Source: an uncultured Nitrospiraceae bacterium (lineage in GTDB: Bacteria > Nitrospirota > Thermodesulfovibrionia > Thermodesulfovibrionales > SM23-35). From it: a stretch of 64,000 nt of DNA. Below are positions 1 to 8,554 of this stretch, piece by piece; within the stretch, counting starts at the first letter, position 1, and each line of letters starts with the position of its first letter. The notes under the pieces were generated by a model, which did no database searches, was not told the origin of the DNA, and worked only from the letters and a program-made list of their open reading frames with translations. The position numbers and the translations under genes were made by a program. The DNA lies in assembly GCA_937138415.1 (NCBI GenBank), contig CAKZPA010000041.1, positions 1,072 to 65,071 on the forward strand. Direction: 5' to 3'.

Positions 1-1990
1 CAATCGATTTGTCCGGCGTGATGCGGGGCGTTACGTTCAGTTCGAGCGTCACATCCTTGAATTCGGTAGAGACGGTCCCCTCTGCCGTGAGCTTTCGGAC
101 AGCGATGCTGTTGCCCTGCGAAATCTTTGCCTTCCCATTGTCGATGGTCAGGATCTTCGGACTCGAAATAATCTTGCCGTGTCCGATCGTTTCGAGCGCA
201 GAAAGCTGCAGATCGAGCCCGAACGTACGGTCAGGACTGAGAAAACCGAAGGTAAACCCTGACCCGGAGAGCGCACCGACGCTCTTCGCCGGGAAGTCGA
301 CGAGATAGTTCTTCCCCGTGAAAGGACCGCGGCTCAGAAAGGGAACTCCTGAGAGGCCGCCGAGGGAAGAAAGGGTATTCGACCCCTGGATGTTCATTCC
401 CCACTGAATGCCCAGATCCCGCTTTGCCGCAGTGTTGACCTCGACGATCCTCGCCTCGATCAGGACCTGTGGGGTCGGTTTGTCGAGGGTCGAGAGGAGA
501 CTCTCCACTTTCGGGAACACGTCGTCGATATCCTGCACGAGGATTGTGCTCGTCCTTTCGTCCACGCTTGTGCTGCCTCGCGGCGTGAGAAGCTTGGCGC
601 TCTTTATCGCCGCATCGACATCCTTCACCTTCGCGTAACTGACGCTGTAGATTCTCGTATCGAGCGGTTCGGCAAGGCTCACTGCTTCCATCGCCTTCGC
701 TTTCTCCTCGCTCTCTTTCTGGAAAACACTGTGCGGCGCGATTCTGATGATGTTACCCTCGACGGATTTGCCGAGGCTGAACGTTTTCAGGATCGTGTCG
801 AGTGCCTGGCTCCACGAGACGTCGATGAACTTCATCGTCGCCTTGCCCTTCACGTCCGGATGGACGAAGAGGTTGCATCCGCTGATGTCGGCGAACAATC
901 TGAAAATCGGCACAATGTCCTGGTCTTGAAAATCGAAATTGATCGCCTCTTTCCCCTCGAGGTACGACTGGCATTTGCTCCGTGGGGACGCTTCCGCCTC
1001 CGCCGTCGGGAAACGGGTCTCCGCTTCCGCTCTCTCGTACCTCATCGGTGCCGCGCGCGCGACCGCCGGTTCCTTTTCTCTCTTCACCGTGACCAGAACG
1101 GCGTTTTCGGCCGTCGAAACGTCGAACGTGCTGTTCTCCTTCAAATCGATGACGATGCGCGTCTTGCCGTCGTGCCTGCCCGAACGGATTCCACGAAAAG
1201 GCGTCACCACCTCGGTCGGAATCGCGGCGTTCAACGCGACATCGCTGAAATCCAGGACCAGGCGATTCTCCAGCGGAAAGACGTTCGGCGTCATGGCCCC
1301 GTTTCCCCGTATGTGCAACATGACCGCTCCTGCGGACGAATCGAACGCGAAGCCCGTGATCTCGGTCGCCTTCGGGAGCTGTGCCTGGGCGAGCGGCCTC
1401 ACCGTCTCGGATCCCCTCGATTCTTTCGGGCTTGCGACAGCCCGCTCTTTTCTCTCGATGGCGGGAATCTTCAGTTCCTTGGGTACCTCCTGCCACTTCG
1501 CCGCGACCGGTTTCGAAAAACCGTCGTCCTTCACGCGTATCGTCAGCACGTTGTTCTTGTACTCCTGGTCGACCGCCGATGGCGTATCGAGGAGTATTTC
1601 GAACCGGGCGAGGAACGACGGCGATTCGACCTGAACAGGAACGACCTCCGAAATCCCCTTCTTTTGGGGATTGATCTTCGCGCTGAACGCGCCGACCGAG
1701 ACGTCCGGCATGTCCACCACGATCTTATAGGGGTCACCGGGCTTGTAGAGCGTGTACGTGAACGGCTGATCCGCCGAAATGCTGATGGTGTAATCCTCCA
1801 CCAGAACGTTCGAGATCATCGTCCTCGATGGCGCCTGCGCGCTCACCTTCGCGGACGCGCATCCCATCGAAGAGAGGAGCGCGGCGCCCAGCAGCAGGCA
1901 CAAGACGAATCCGGCGAGAGAGGAAATCACCACGCGATCTTTTCCAGAGACAATTCTCCTGTTCCTGTATCGATCTCTGCGAATCATCAT
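1..1990 (-). CDS. pilQ: Type IV pilus secretin PilQ. The 3' end runs off the window, so it is absent from the ORF track (stop codon lies outside).
   Basis: Manual minus-strand translation from ATG 1990 stays open to position 1. It gives MMIRRDRYRNRR..LLSSMGCASAK (lipoprotein-like signal), AMIN-like segments, then the secretin core (QVLIEARIVEVN, GIQWG, LDLQLSALE, GKIISSPKILTIDNGKAKI). ATGA overlap with the pilP stop completes pilMNOPQ. Confidence 0.85.
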   Translation of the reverse strand, partial: MMIRRDRYRNRRIVSGKDRVVISSLAGFVLCLLLGAALLSSMGCASAKVSAQAPSRTMISNVLVEDYTISISADQPFTYTLYKPGDPYKIVVDMPDVSVGAFSAKINPQKKGISEVVPVQVESPSFLARFEILLDTPSAVDQEYKNNVLTIRVKDDGFSKPVAAKWQEVPKELKIPAIERKERAVASPKESRGSETVRPLAQAQLPKATEITGFAFDSSAGAVMLHIRGNGAMTPNVFPLENRLVLDFSDVALNAAIPTEVVTPFRGIRSGRHDGKTRIVIDLKENSTFDVSTAENAVLVTVKREKEPAVARAAPMRYERAEAETRFPTAEAEASPRSKCQSYLEGKEAINFDFQDQDIVPIFRLFADISGCNLFVHPDVKGKATMKFIDVSWSQALDTILKTFSLGKSVEGNIIRIAPHSVFQKESEEKAKAMEAVSLAEPLDTRIYSVSYAKVKDVDAAIKSAKLLTPRGSTSVDERTSTILVQDIDDVFPKVESLLSTLDKPTPQVLIEARIVEVNTAAKRDLGIQWGMNIQGSNTLSSLGGLSGVPFLSRGPFTGKNYLVDFPAKSVGALSGSGFTFGFLSPDRTFGLDLQLSALETIGHGKIISSPKILTIDNGKAKISQGNSIAVRKLTAEGTVSTEFKDVTLELNVTPRITPDKSI

Positions 1991-2496
1991 TCTTCCCCCT
2001 TATGGAGTTTCAAGATTGAATCCCTGGGCTTTATTTCTCCCCTGTAGTCCTTGACGTATTCCCTTATGTGCACCGCGTCCTTCGTGATCTTGTGCACCTT
2101 ACCGCCCTGGAGCCCCAACGCCATTCCTTCGGTTATCGTGTACGTCTTCTTGTCCGGCATCATGATGAGCGCATAGAACTTGTTCTTGTCCCATGCGATC
2201 GCGAGGAGTTGCATTTCTTCCACCTCGTAGCTTTCGAAAGGACCGGCCCCATTCTTTCTCAAGGGTTTCTGCGTTTCCTTCGCTACGAGCGACAGGAAGG
2301 GATCCCTCTTCCCTTTCGCCTCGTATTGATATGCCTCGTATTCGACCTTGACGACCTGGGACGGCGCTTTTTCTTCGGTCACCGCGGCAGGCGGCGTTTT
2401 CTGGGCCGCGGGTTTTTTGCCCGGCGCCGTCTCCTTTTTGCAGCCGCCCGATAAGCATAGCAGAAAAATGATAAACGCGTATAGTAGGCGCTTCAT
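1987..2496 (-). CDS. pilP: Pilus assembly lipoprotein PilP
   Basis: Lipobox signal MKRLLYAFIIFLLCLSGGC. Size and position between pilO and pilQ fit, and it overlaps both neighbours. Confidence 0.75.
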   Translation of the reverse strand: MKRLLYAFIIFLLCLSGGCKKETAPGKKPAAQKTPPAAVTEEKAPSQVVKVEYEAYQYEAKGKRDPFLSLVAKETQKPLRKNGAGPFESYEVEEMQLLAIAWDKNKFYALIMMPDKKTYTITEGMALGLQGGKVHKITKDAVHIREYVKDYRGEIKPRDSILKLHKGEE

Positions 2497-3128
2497 GACC
2501 GCTTCCCTTTGCCTTTCCCCTCTTCTCTCTGCTGCTGTTTCTCGATCTCCTCCTCGGGAATGACGGAAAATGTCGTTGCCATAAAAGAGATTTTGACGGT
2601 TGCGTACTCTTTCTCCGGCTTCGGATCGCTGATCTTGATATCCGAAATGTTCACGATCCTGTTCAGCTTCGTGAGGCTGCTGAAGAAATACCCCAGACTG
2701 TGGTAGTTGCCTGACAGTTCGACCTTGACGGGTATCTCGTAGACGATTCCGCTCGAATGCGTCTTTCGCTGCTCCGGTTTCCAGAAGATCACCTTCAGGC
2801 CCGCCCCCACGCAGAGATCCGAAACCTGTTTCAGGAGGCTCGATACTTCCTTCTCCTCCGGCAACTGGAGTTTCAATTCGTTGAGCCGCGACCTGAGCCT
2901 CTCGTTCTCCGCCGTCAGTTCTTGCAGTTTCGCCGCTTTCGCCTGATTCTTCGCGATCTCGTTCTCCTGAACCGAAATCTTCTGCTCGAGTGTCTTGATT
3001 TCCCTGTGCTTCGGGAGGATGAAGAAAAAAACGGCGGCGAGCGTGATGACGAGGGCGGGAAGGAGCGCGATGACCACCTTGACGGCCGACGGCAGATTCC
3101 TCAGAGAAAGATTCCCCTTCAGCGCCAC
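2493..3128 (-). CDS. pilO: Pilus assembly protein PilO
   Basis: Single N-terminal TM helix followed by a coiled coil (QENEIAKNQAKAAKLQELTAENERLRSRLNELK). Operon position fits. Confidence 0.75.
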   Translation of the reverse strand: MALKGNLSLRNLPSAVKVVIALLPALVITLAAVFFFILPKHREIKTLEQKISVQENEIAKNQAKAAKLQELTAENERLRSRLNELKLQLPEEKEVSSLLKQVSDLCVGAGLKVIFWKPEQRKTHSSGIVYEIPVKVELSGNYHSLGYFFSSLTKLNRIVNISDIKISDPKPEKEYATVKISFMATTFSVIPEEEIEKQQQREEGKGKGKRS

Positions 3129-3129
3129 G

Positions 3130-3669
3130 TCACACCTTCACCTTGCACGTCAGTTTGAACATGTAGACCGGGTTCTTCTCAACGTCGACGCTCTTCGATT
3201 CCTGCAGATACACCTCCGTGAACAGCGGGGAATTCTTTATCTGATCGACGTACGAGACGATGTCATTGTTCGTGAACGCATATCCCTCGAGGCTCACGGA
3301 CCCTCCTGCGACGGTCATGTTCTGCAGCCACACGCCGGAGGGAAGGAGCGCGCTGAATTCATCGAGGATCTTCACCGGCAGGCTCTTGTTCCTGCTCAAC
3401 TGCTCGATGATATCATTCCTCTCCCGGAATGTCTTGTTCCTTTTCTCGAAATCTTCGACGGCCTTTATCATTTCCTTGAGTTCCGCGATCTTCCTTTCGT
3501 TCGCGTCGAACTGGTTTTTCCTGTCCGCGAGGCGCGAGGAGTAGAAGAAGGCGAGGTAAGCCAAAATGACAGCCACTACCACCGTAACAAGAATTGAGAC
3601 CATGACAACAGAGGGGATCGGTTTAGGTTTCTTTTTTCTTGGTACAGGGAGGAGGTTGACCTTGATCAT
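3130..3669 (-). CDS. pilN: Pilus assembly protein PilN
   Basis: Starts MIKVNLLP as is typical for PilN, followed by a TM helix. Overlaps the pilM stop. Confidence 0.75.
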   Translation of the reverse strand: MIKVNLLPVPRKKKPKPIPSVVMVSILVTVVVAVILAYLAFFYSSRLADRKNQFDANERKIAELKEMIKAVEDFEKRNKTFRERNDIIEQLSRNKSLPVKILDEFSALLPSGVWLQNMTVAGGSVSLEGYAFTNNDIVSYVDQIKNSPLFTEVYLQESKSVDVEKNPVYMFKLTCKVKV

Positions 3670-4703
3670 CGGTCGCCCGGCCTCCTCAGCGCCAACCCCG
3701 CGGCGACTGCAGCCATGGGTGCCATCTCCTTAATGTACGCGACGTCGAAATGTTTCGGTATCTTTATGTTCCTGAATGGCTCCATGAGCTTCGTCTCGAC
3801 CCGTATCCTCTCCGCGAGCATCGTCGGGAAATCGCGGACGAGCGCGCACCCGCCGCTCAGGACGATTTCGTGGACGTCCTCGTGGAAATACTCGAGCGAG
3901 CGGTTGACCTCGCTGATGATCTCTTCCGATGCGAGTTCCATGACGGAGAGCGCGTCCTGAGGTGCCACGTTCTCGACCGACTCGCCCCGCTTCAGTCTCT
4001 CCGCGACTTCATAGGTGAGGTTGAACTCTCTCTGGAGAACCTCGGTGTGGAGATTGCTGCCGACGGCGCTGTCCCTCGTGAAGACAGAAATCCCGCCCTT
4101 GAGGATGTTCAGGTTGATCGTGCTCGCGCCGATGTTGACGAGCGCGACGTTTTTCTCCGGCTCGATCTCGTAATTGATCTCGTAAATATTTTCGAGCGCG
4201 AAAGAATTGACATCGACAATCTGGCAGTTGAATCCCGCCTCCTTCACGACCGAGAGGTACTCGTTGATGATCTCCTTCTTCCCCGCGACGAGAAGGACAT
4301 CCATCTTGCCGGGCTCGTCCGTCGGCCCGAGAATTTGGAAGTCGAGATCGACGTCATCGATATCGAACGGAATGTACTGCTCCGCTTCGAACTTGATCGA
4401 TTCGAACAGCTCGTCCTCTGACATCTCCGGCAGGGAAACGCGCTTCACGATCACGGAGGACTGACCCGCGATGCTGATTGTCACATCCCTGACCTTGACC
4501 TTCGCTTTGCGTGCCAGCTCTTTCACGGAATCGACGAGGCGGAGGGAATCGATGATGGAGCCGTCGACGATCAACTCGGGAGGGAGCGGGAGCATGTCGA
4601 AGAGTTCGAGTTCATACCCGCCTTTCGTGTCTCTCAGCTGGACCGCTTTCAGATACCCGGATCCGATATCGAGGCCGATGATCCCTTTTCTCCCGAAAAG
4701 CAT
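3666..4703 (-). CDS. pilM: Pilus assembly ATPase-like protein PilM (actin/FtsA fold)
   Basis: N-terminus GLDIGSGYLKAVQL and the overall FtsA-like pattern. First gene of pilMNOPQ. Confidence 0.9.
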   Translation of the reverse strand: MLFGRKGIIGLDIGSGYLKAVQLRDTKGGYELELFDMLPLPPELIVDGSIIDSLRLVDSVKELARKAKVKVRDVTISIAGQSSVIVKRVSLPEMSEDELFESIKFEAEQYIPFDIDDVDLDFQILGPTDEPGKMDVLLVAGKKEIINEYLSVVKEAGFNCQIVDVNSFALENIYEINYEIEPEKNVALVNIGASTINLNILKGGISVFTRDSAVGSNLHTEVLQREFNLTYEVAERLKRGESVENVAPQDALSVMELASEEIISEVNRSLEYFHEDVHEIVLSGGCALVRDFPTMLAERIRVETKLMEPFRNIKIPKHFDVAYIKEMAPMAAVAAGLALRRPGDR

Positions 4704-4709
4704 AGCATA

Positions 4710-4738
4710 TGATTACCAAAAAAAAATTCTAATGTCAA
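4710..4738 (-). promoter_or_regulatory. Candidate sigma70 promoter of pilM
   Basis: Minus strand reads TTGACA (4733-4738), 17 nt, TGgTAATCA (4710-4718), 6 nt, then ATG at 4703. No SD is present. Confidence 0.3.
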
Positions 4739-4896
4739 GTTTTTTTTATTATTAATAACGAGATTTCAGCGCAGAATTAAGAAATTAGTTGAAGTTTGTG
4801 ATTCGGGTCACAAAATGGCTGTCCGATCGCCGTTCCCCCAAACAGTCGCTGCGTGGGTCGGATGCCAAAGAAACAACGCAACGACACCGCGCGTCG

Positions 4897-5802
4897 TCAT
4901 CCGCCCGGGTTGAGGAGCCTCTCTATTTTCAAGGTCGAGTCGTCGAGAACCGCAATGCCGAAGAGGAGGCGCTGAGGACTCTTCAGGCGGACGAAAGGAT
5001 GGAGCGATTCGGACTGAGAACCAGCGAGCGCCAGGCGTTCGCGATCAGCGAGATGAACCGCGAGGCCGTTCCTCGCCTTCTTCCACGCGTCGCCATCGAG
5101 CACGATTTCCTTCAGGTGCGCGAGCGCTTCGTCCGGGGAATAGAACGGCGCGGAACGCCCCTTCTCCGAAAGCTCGGAAAGGGTGACGGCGTCTTCAGCA
5201 CAGAACCGGCCAACGCGCGTTCGTGTCAATGCGGTCATGTGCGCGCCCGTCCCAAGCGCCTCGCCAATATCGTCGCAGAGCGCCCGGACATAGGTCCCCT
5301 TCGAGCAGACCACCCGCAACGTCGCATACGGCGGCCGGTAGGACACAAGCTCGATCTCGCGGACAAAGACGGACCGTTCGGGGCGCTCGACGGAAATTCC
5401 TCTCCTCGCAAGGTCGTAGAGCCGCTCGCCCCCGATCTTGATCGCCGAGAACATGGGCGGCGTCTGCCGGATGTCGCCGGTGAAATTGACGAGGGTTCGC
5501 CGCAGGTCTTCCTCTCGCACGTGCGAGCAGTCCCTCTGCGTGATAACGCGCCCCGTCGAATCGCAGGAGTCGGTCTTTTCGCCGAGTTTCAGTTCGCACA
5601 CGTATTCCTTTTCGAGTTCGGAGAGAAACCGCGTTATTTTTGTCGCTTCGTTGGTGCAGACGAGGAGCACGCCGGTGGCGATGGGATCGAGCGTTCCCGC
5701 GTGTCCTGCCTTCCGCACGCGCAGAGCGCGCTTTACCAGCGTGACAGCTTGTTGCGAGGTCATATTGGCGGGCTTGTCGAGATTGACGACGATGTCAAGC
5801 AT
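4897..5802 (-). CDS. truB: tRNA pseudouridine-55 synthase TruB
   Basis: VNLDKPANMTSQQAV..GHAGTLDPIATGVLLVC catalytic-Asp motif, with a PUA-like C-terminus. Confidence 0.9.
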   Translation of the reverse strand: MLDIVVNLDKPANMTSQQAVTLVKRALRVRKAGHAGTLDPIATGVLLVCTNEATKITRFLSELEKEYVCELKLGEKTDSCDSTGRVITQRDCSHVREEDLRRTLVNFTGDIRQTPPMFSAIKIGGERLYDLARRGISVERPERSVFVREIELVSYRPPYATLRVVCSKGTYVRALCDDIGEALGTGAHMTALTRTRVGRFCAEDAVTLSELSEKGRSAPFYSPDEALAHLKEIVLDGDAWKKARNGLAVHLADRERLALAGSQSESLHPFVRLKSPQRLLFGIAVLDDSTLKIERLLNPGG

Positions 5803-5804
5803 TG

Positions 5805-5881
5805 TGGCGCGCCCAGGAGGATTTGAACCCCCGACCTGCGGATTCGTAGTCCGACGCTCTATCCAGCTGAGCTATGGGCGC
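5805..5881 (-). tRNA. tRNA-Arg (anticodon ACG)
   Basis: Reverse complement is GCGCCCATAGCTCAGCTGGATAGAGCGTCGGACTACGAATCCGCAGGTCGGGGGTTCAAATCCTCCTGGGCGCGCCA. It forms a cloverleaf with anticodon loop CT-ACG-AA and an encoded CCA. Confidence 0.9.
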
Positions 5882-5895
5882 TCCCTTCAGCTATT

Positions 5896-6519
5896 TTACC
5901 CTTTCTTCACGCCTTCTTTCAGGATAATCCGGTACTTCGGGTGCTCGAAGGGGTGAATCGACGGCACCTTCGCGAACAGCCAGCCCCACTGTTTCCCCGG
6001 CGCCGGAAAGATCTGCTTGCCATTTTCGAAGACTTTTACGCCGAGAGCCGGATTCCTCGGCTCGTTTGAACCCGACGTCAGATTGAGCCCGTCCATCCTG
6101 AAGTCGGGCAGAAACTCCCCGACCTGGATCCGGAGAGACGAATTCGGTACGGAGAAGTTGCTGTTCAGTTTTATCTCGAATTCCTTCTTCGTCTTTTCGA
6201 CCTTGTCCTCGAAAATAATCCGCGCGCCGCTCCACTTCCCCTTCACGGATTCCGGGACGACGACCTGGGTCTTCCCCATCATGCCCGGATGGGGGGACTG
6301 CTGCCCCGATGGGGGCATCTGTCCCATCGGCGCCTGTCGAGGCGGCATCTGTCCCTGGGGGATGGGCCCCGCCGGCACCTGCCCCGACGGCAGCGGTCCC
6401 GACGGCATTACCGGACCCGGCGTCTGGGGCGTCGGTGGCTCCGGCTCTTTCTTCTTGCAGGCGCCGAAAACAAAGATACACATGAGAACCAAGACAATCG
6501 CGAGACTCCTCTTTTCCAT
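5896..6519 (-). CDS. Lipoprotein with a P/Q/G-rich linker and a DUF2155-like C-terminal domain
   Basis: AGGAGG sits 8 nt upstream of ATG 6519, so the 6675 start in the track is an upstream extension. Lipobox is LVLMCIFVFGAC. The C-terminal GWLFAKVPSIHPFEHPKYRI resembles the GWMF..P..EHP.YDVW signature I recall for DUF2155. Confidence 0.5.
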   Translation of the reverse strand: MEKRSLAIVLVLMCIFVFGACKKKEPEPPTPQTPGPVMPSGPLPSGQVPAGPIPQGQMPPRQAPMGQMPPSGQQSPHPGMMGKTQVVVPESVKGKWSGARIIFEDKVEKTKKEFEIKLNSNFSVPNSSLRIQVGEFLPDFRMDGLNLTSGSNEPRNPALGVKVFENGKQIFPAPGKQWGWLFAKVPSIHPFEHPKYRIILKEGVKKG

Positions 6520-6708
6520 TATTGCCTCCTGAACACTCTTGCCGAGTTGATTTGCACGCGCGCGCCGTTTTCCATCCCGTCGCCTGCCCCTGCTTCGGCG
6601 GGATTCCGCCAAGGATCCCTCACGTTTTTTCGGAAGGGTGCCCGGGGTACCCGCGAAAAGAGCAGTTGCGGCCAAGGCGACGTTCGACTTCAGCCCTTTC
6701 GCTTCTCA

Positions 6709-6801
6709 TGGCGGAGAGGCAGGGATTCGAACCCTGGGTGAGGTTTTACCCCCACAACCGCTTAGCAGGCGGCTGCCTTCGACCGACTCGGCCACCTCTC
6801 C
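6709..6801 (-). tRNA. tRNA-Ser (anticodon GCU), long variable arm
   Basis: Reverse complement is GGAGAGGTGGCCGAGTCGGTCGAAGGCAGCCGCCTGCTAAGCGGTTGTGGGGGTAAAACCTCACCCAGGGTTCGAATCCCTGCCTCTCCGCCA. Confidence 0.9.
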
Positions 6802-6986
6802 ACGAATCGAACGAGGAGCACGAGACAGCGACTAAGACAGAACATACACGCGCCCGGATGTAAACTCACTATACTAACAACTAGAATTGTCCTTTGTAAA
6901 CAAGAGTGGAGGAATCCGGATCGCAGGAACCCGGCTCGAAACACGCGACGTTCAGTCCGTCGCGACACGGGGAGGGGCCGCGCAAA

Positions 6987-7832
6987 TCAGCCGAGATCCC
7001 GATGCACGAGGCTCACATCGATGGGATGTTTCTCGAGATACCCGCGGAGCTTCTCGGCGATGGCCGGCGAGCGGTGATTGCCGCCGGTGCACCCGATGCC
7101 GACCGTCAGATACGATCTCCCCTCTTTGAGGTAGAGGGGAATCAGGAAGTCGATGAGGCCCTGAATCCTTCTCAGGTAGGCCTTCGTCGTCGGGTTCCGG
7201 AGGACGAAATCGGCCACCCGCTTGTCAGTGCCGCCGAGCGGCTTCAGGGCAGGGACGAAGTTCGGATTCGGGAGGAATCTCGCATCGAAGAGGAGGTCGA
7301 CATTCTGCGGCGTGCCGAACTTGAAACCGAACGAGATGATGACGAGCGTCATCGGTTTCTTCCCGGTCCGGACTCCATAGATCGACGCCACGAGCTGCCG
7401 AAGCTGATGGGGCGTCAGAGATGACGTGTCGAGAACGCGGTCCGCGATCGCCCGCACCGGCGCGAGCCTCTCCCTCTCGACCCGGATGGATTCCTCGAGG
7501 TCTCCCCCGAGCGGATGCGGCCTCCGCGTTTCGCGAAACCTCCGTATCAGGACGTCCTTCTCCGCTTCGAGGAAGAGGACCTCCGACCGGAACCTCTTTC
7601 CCAGCGCGCCGAGGACGTCGCTGATGGACGCGAGGCTTCCCTTCTCGCGGATGTCGATCCCTATGCCGATCTTCCCGGTATCGCGGTTCTTCGCCGCGAT
7701 CGACGCGAACGAGTGAATGAGCGCGATCGGGAGATTGTCCACGCAGAAAAAACCGGAGTCCTCGAGGGAATGGAGCGCGACGGTCTTCCCCGATCCGGAC
7801 AGTCCCGTGATAATGACGATGAGCGGTTTCAA
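6987..7832 (-). CDS. rapZ: RNase adapter / nucleotide-binding protein RapZ (YvcJ family)
   Basis: P-loop ITGLSGSGKT, CVDNLP, and C-terminal GCTGGNHRS. TTG start. Confidence 0.9.
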   Translation of the reverse strand: MKPLIVIITGLSGSGKTVALHSLEDSGFFCVDNLPIALIHSFASIAAKNRDTGKIGIGIDIREKGSLASISDVLGALGKRFRSEVLFLEAEKDVLIRRFRETRRPHPLGGDLEESIRVERERLAPVRAIADRVLDTSSLTPHQLRQLVASIYGVRTGKKPMTLVIISFGFKFGTPQNVDLLFDARFLPNPNFVPALKPLGGTDKRVADFVLRNPTTKAYLRRIQGLIDFLIPLYLKEGRSYLTVGIGCTGGNHRSPAIAEKLRGYLEKHPIDVSLVHRDLG

Positions 7833-8021
7833 CCGTCTAACCCGTTTACTTTATGGATTCAGAGGCAGTGACGGCTCGTACTATGTCCCGTCATTGCATG
7901 CGTGAACAATCCGGGTACACGCGAGACGTACGATACACGATACAGGTGGCGACGGCGATACGCCGCTCATGCGCTTTTGAACGTCTTTCACTACGGACCC
8001 CGCGTCCTGCAACGTGGATTG

Positions 8022-8543
8022 TCACTTTACCGGTTCGATGAGACCGAAGTTTCCGTCTTTTCTCCGGTAAATGACGTTGATGTCGCCGCTGCTGTCATTC
8101 GTGAAGACGAAGAAATCCTTGTCGAGGAGTTCCATCTGCATCGCCGCTTCGTCGGGACTCATCGGCTTCACCTCGAACCTCTTGTTCTTTATGATGCGTC
8201 CCGTTTCGCTCCCGGCTCCGGCCGGTCCCGCCGCTGCCGCCTTCGCCTCGCCTTTCCGATGCGAGACGAGCTTCTCCTTGTACTTCATGACCTGGCGTTC
8301 GAGCTTCTCCGCCACCTCGTCTATCGATGAATACACATCCCCCGTGATCCCCTCCGCCTGGATGAGGATGCCGTTCGCCTTCATCAGGACCTCGACCTTG
8401 TGCCTGTATTTTTCCACGCTGATCGTGACGATCGCTTCCGCGATATTCGACAAGTAACGGTCAAACCTCTTGATCTTCTTCTCGGCGTACGTTTTCAGGG
8501 CGGGAGTAATGTCAATGTGCCTGCCTGTGACGATGATATTCAT
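8022..8543 (-). CDS. hpf: Ribosome hibernation promoting factor (long HPF)
   Basis: MNIIVTGRHIDITPALKTYAEKKI.. plus the C-terminal dimerisation domain (KPMSPDEAAMQMELLDKDFFVF). Confidence 0.9.
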   Translation of the reverse strand: MNIIVTGRHIDITPALKTYAEKKIKRFDRYLSNIAEAIVTISVEKYRHKVEVLMKANGILIQAEGITGDVYSSIDEVAEKLERQVMKYKEKLVSHRKGEAKAAAAGPAGAGSETGRIIKNKRFEVKPMSPDEAAMQMELLDKDFFVFTNDSSGDINVIYRRKDGNFGLIEPVK

Positions 8544-8554
8544 GCTGCCTCCTT

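Noticed and set aside
731-2047. 438-aa plus-strand ORF, and other very long ORFs antisense to real genes. Examples are 12123-13475 (-), 30936-33659 (+, 907 aa), 47805-49007 (-), 56942-58003 (+) and 45658-46779 (-).
   Set aside because: Their translations are dominated by R, P, G, D and H with no recognisable motifs. Each lies opposite a gene with clear family signatures. This is the expected stop-codon-poor antisense frame of GC-rich DNA.
5896-6675. N-terminal extensions of several track ORFs. These are the lipoprotein to 6675, mraY to 38400, mraZ to 44672, the GGDEF gene to 50978 and polX to 52999.
   Set aside because: The extensions are basic or low-complexity. They overlap upstream genes or promoters, and family-typical N-termini with an SD or -10 context occur at internal starts.
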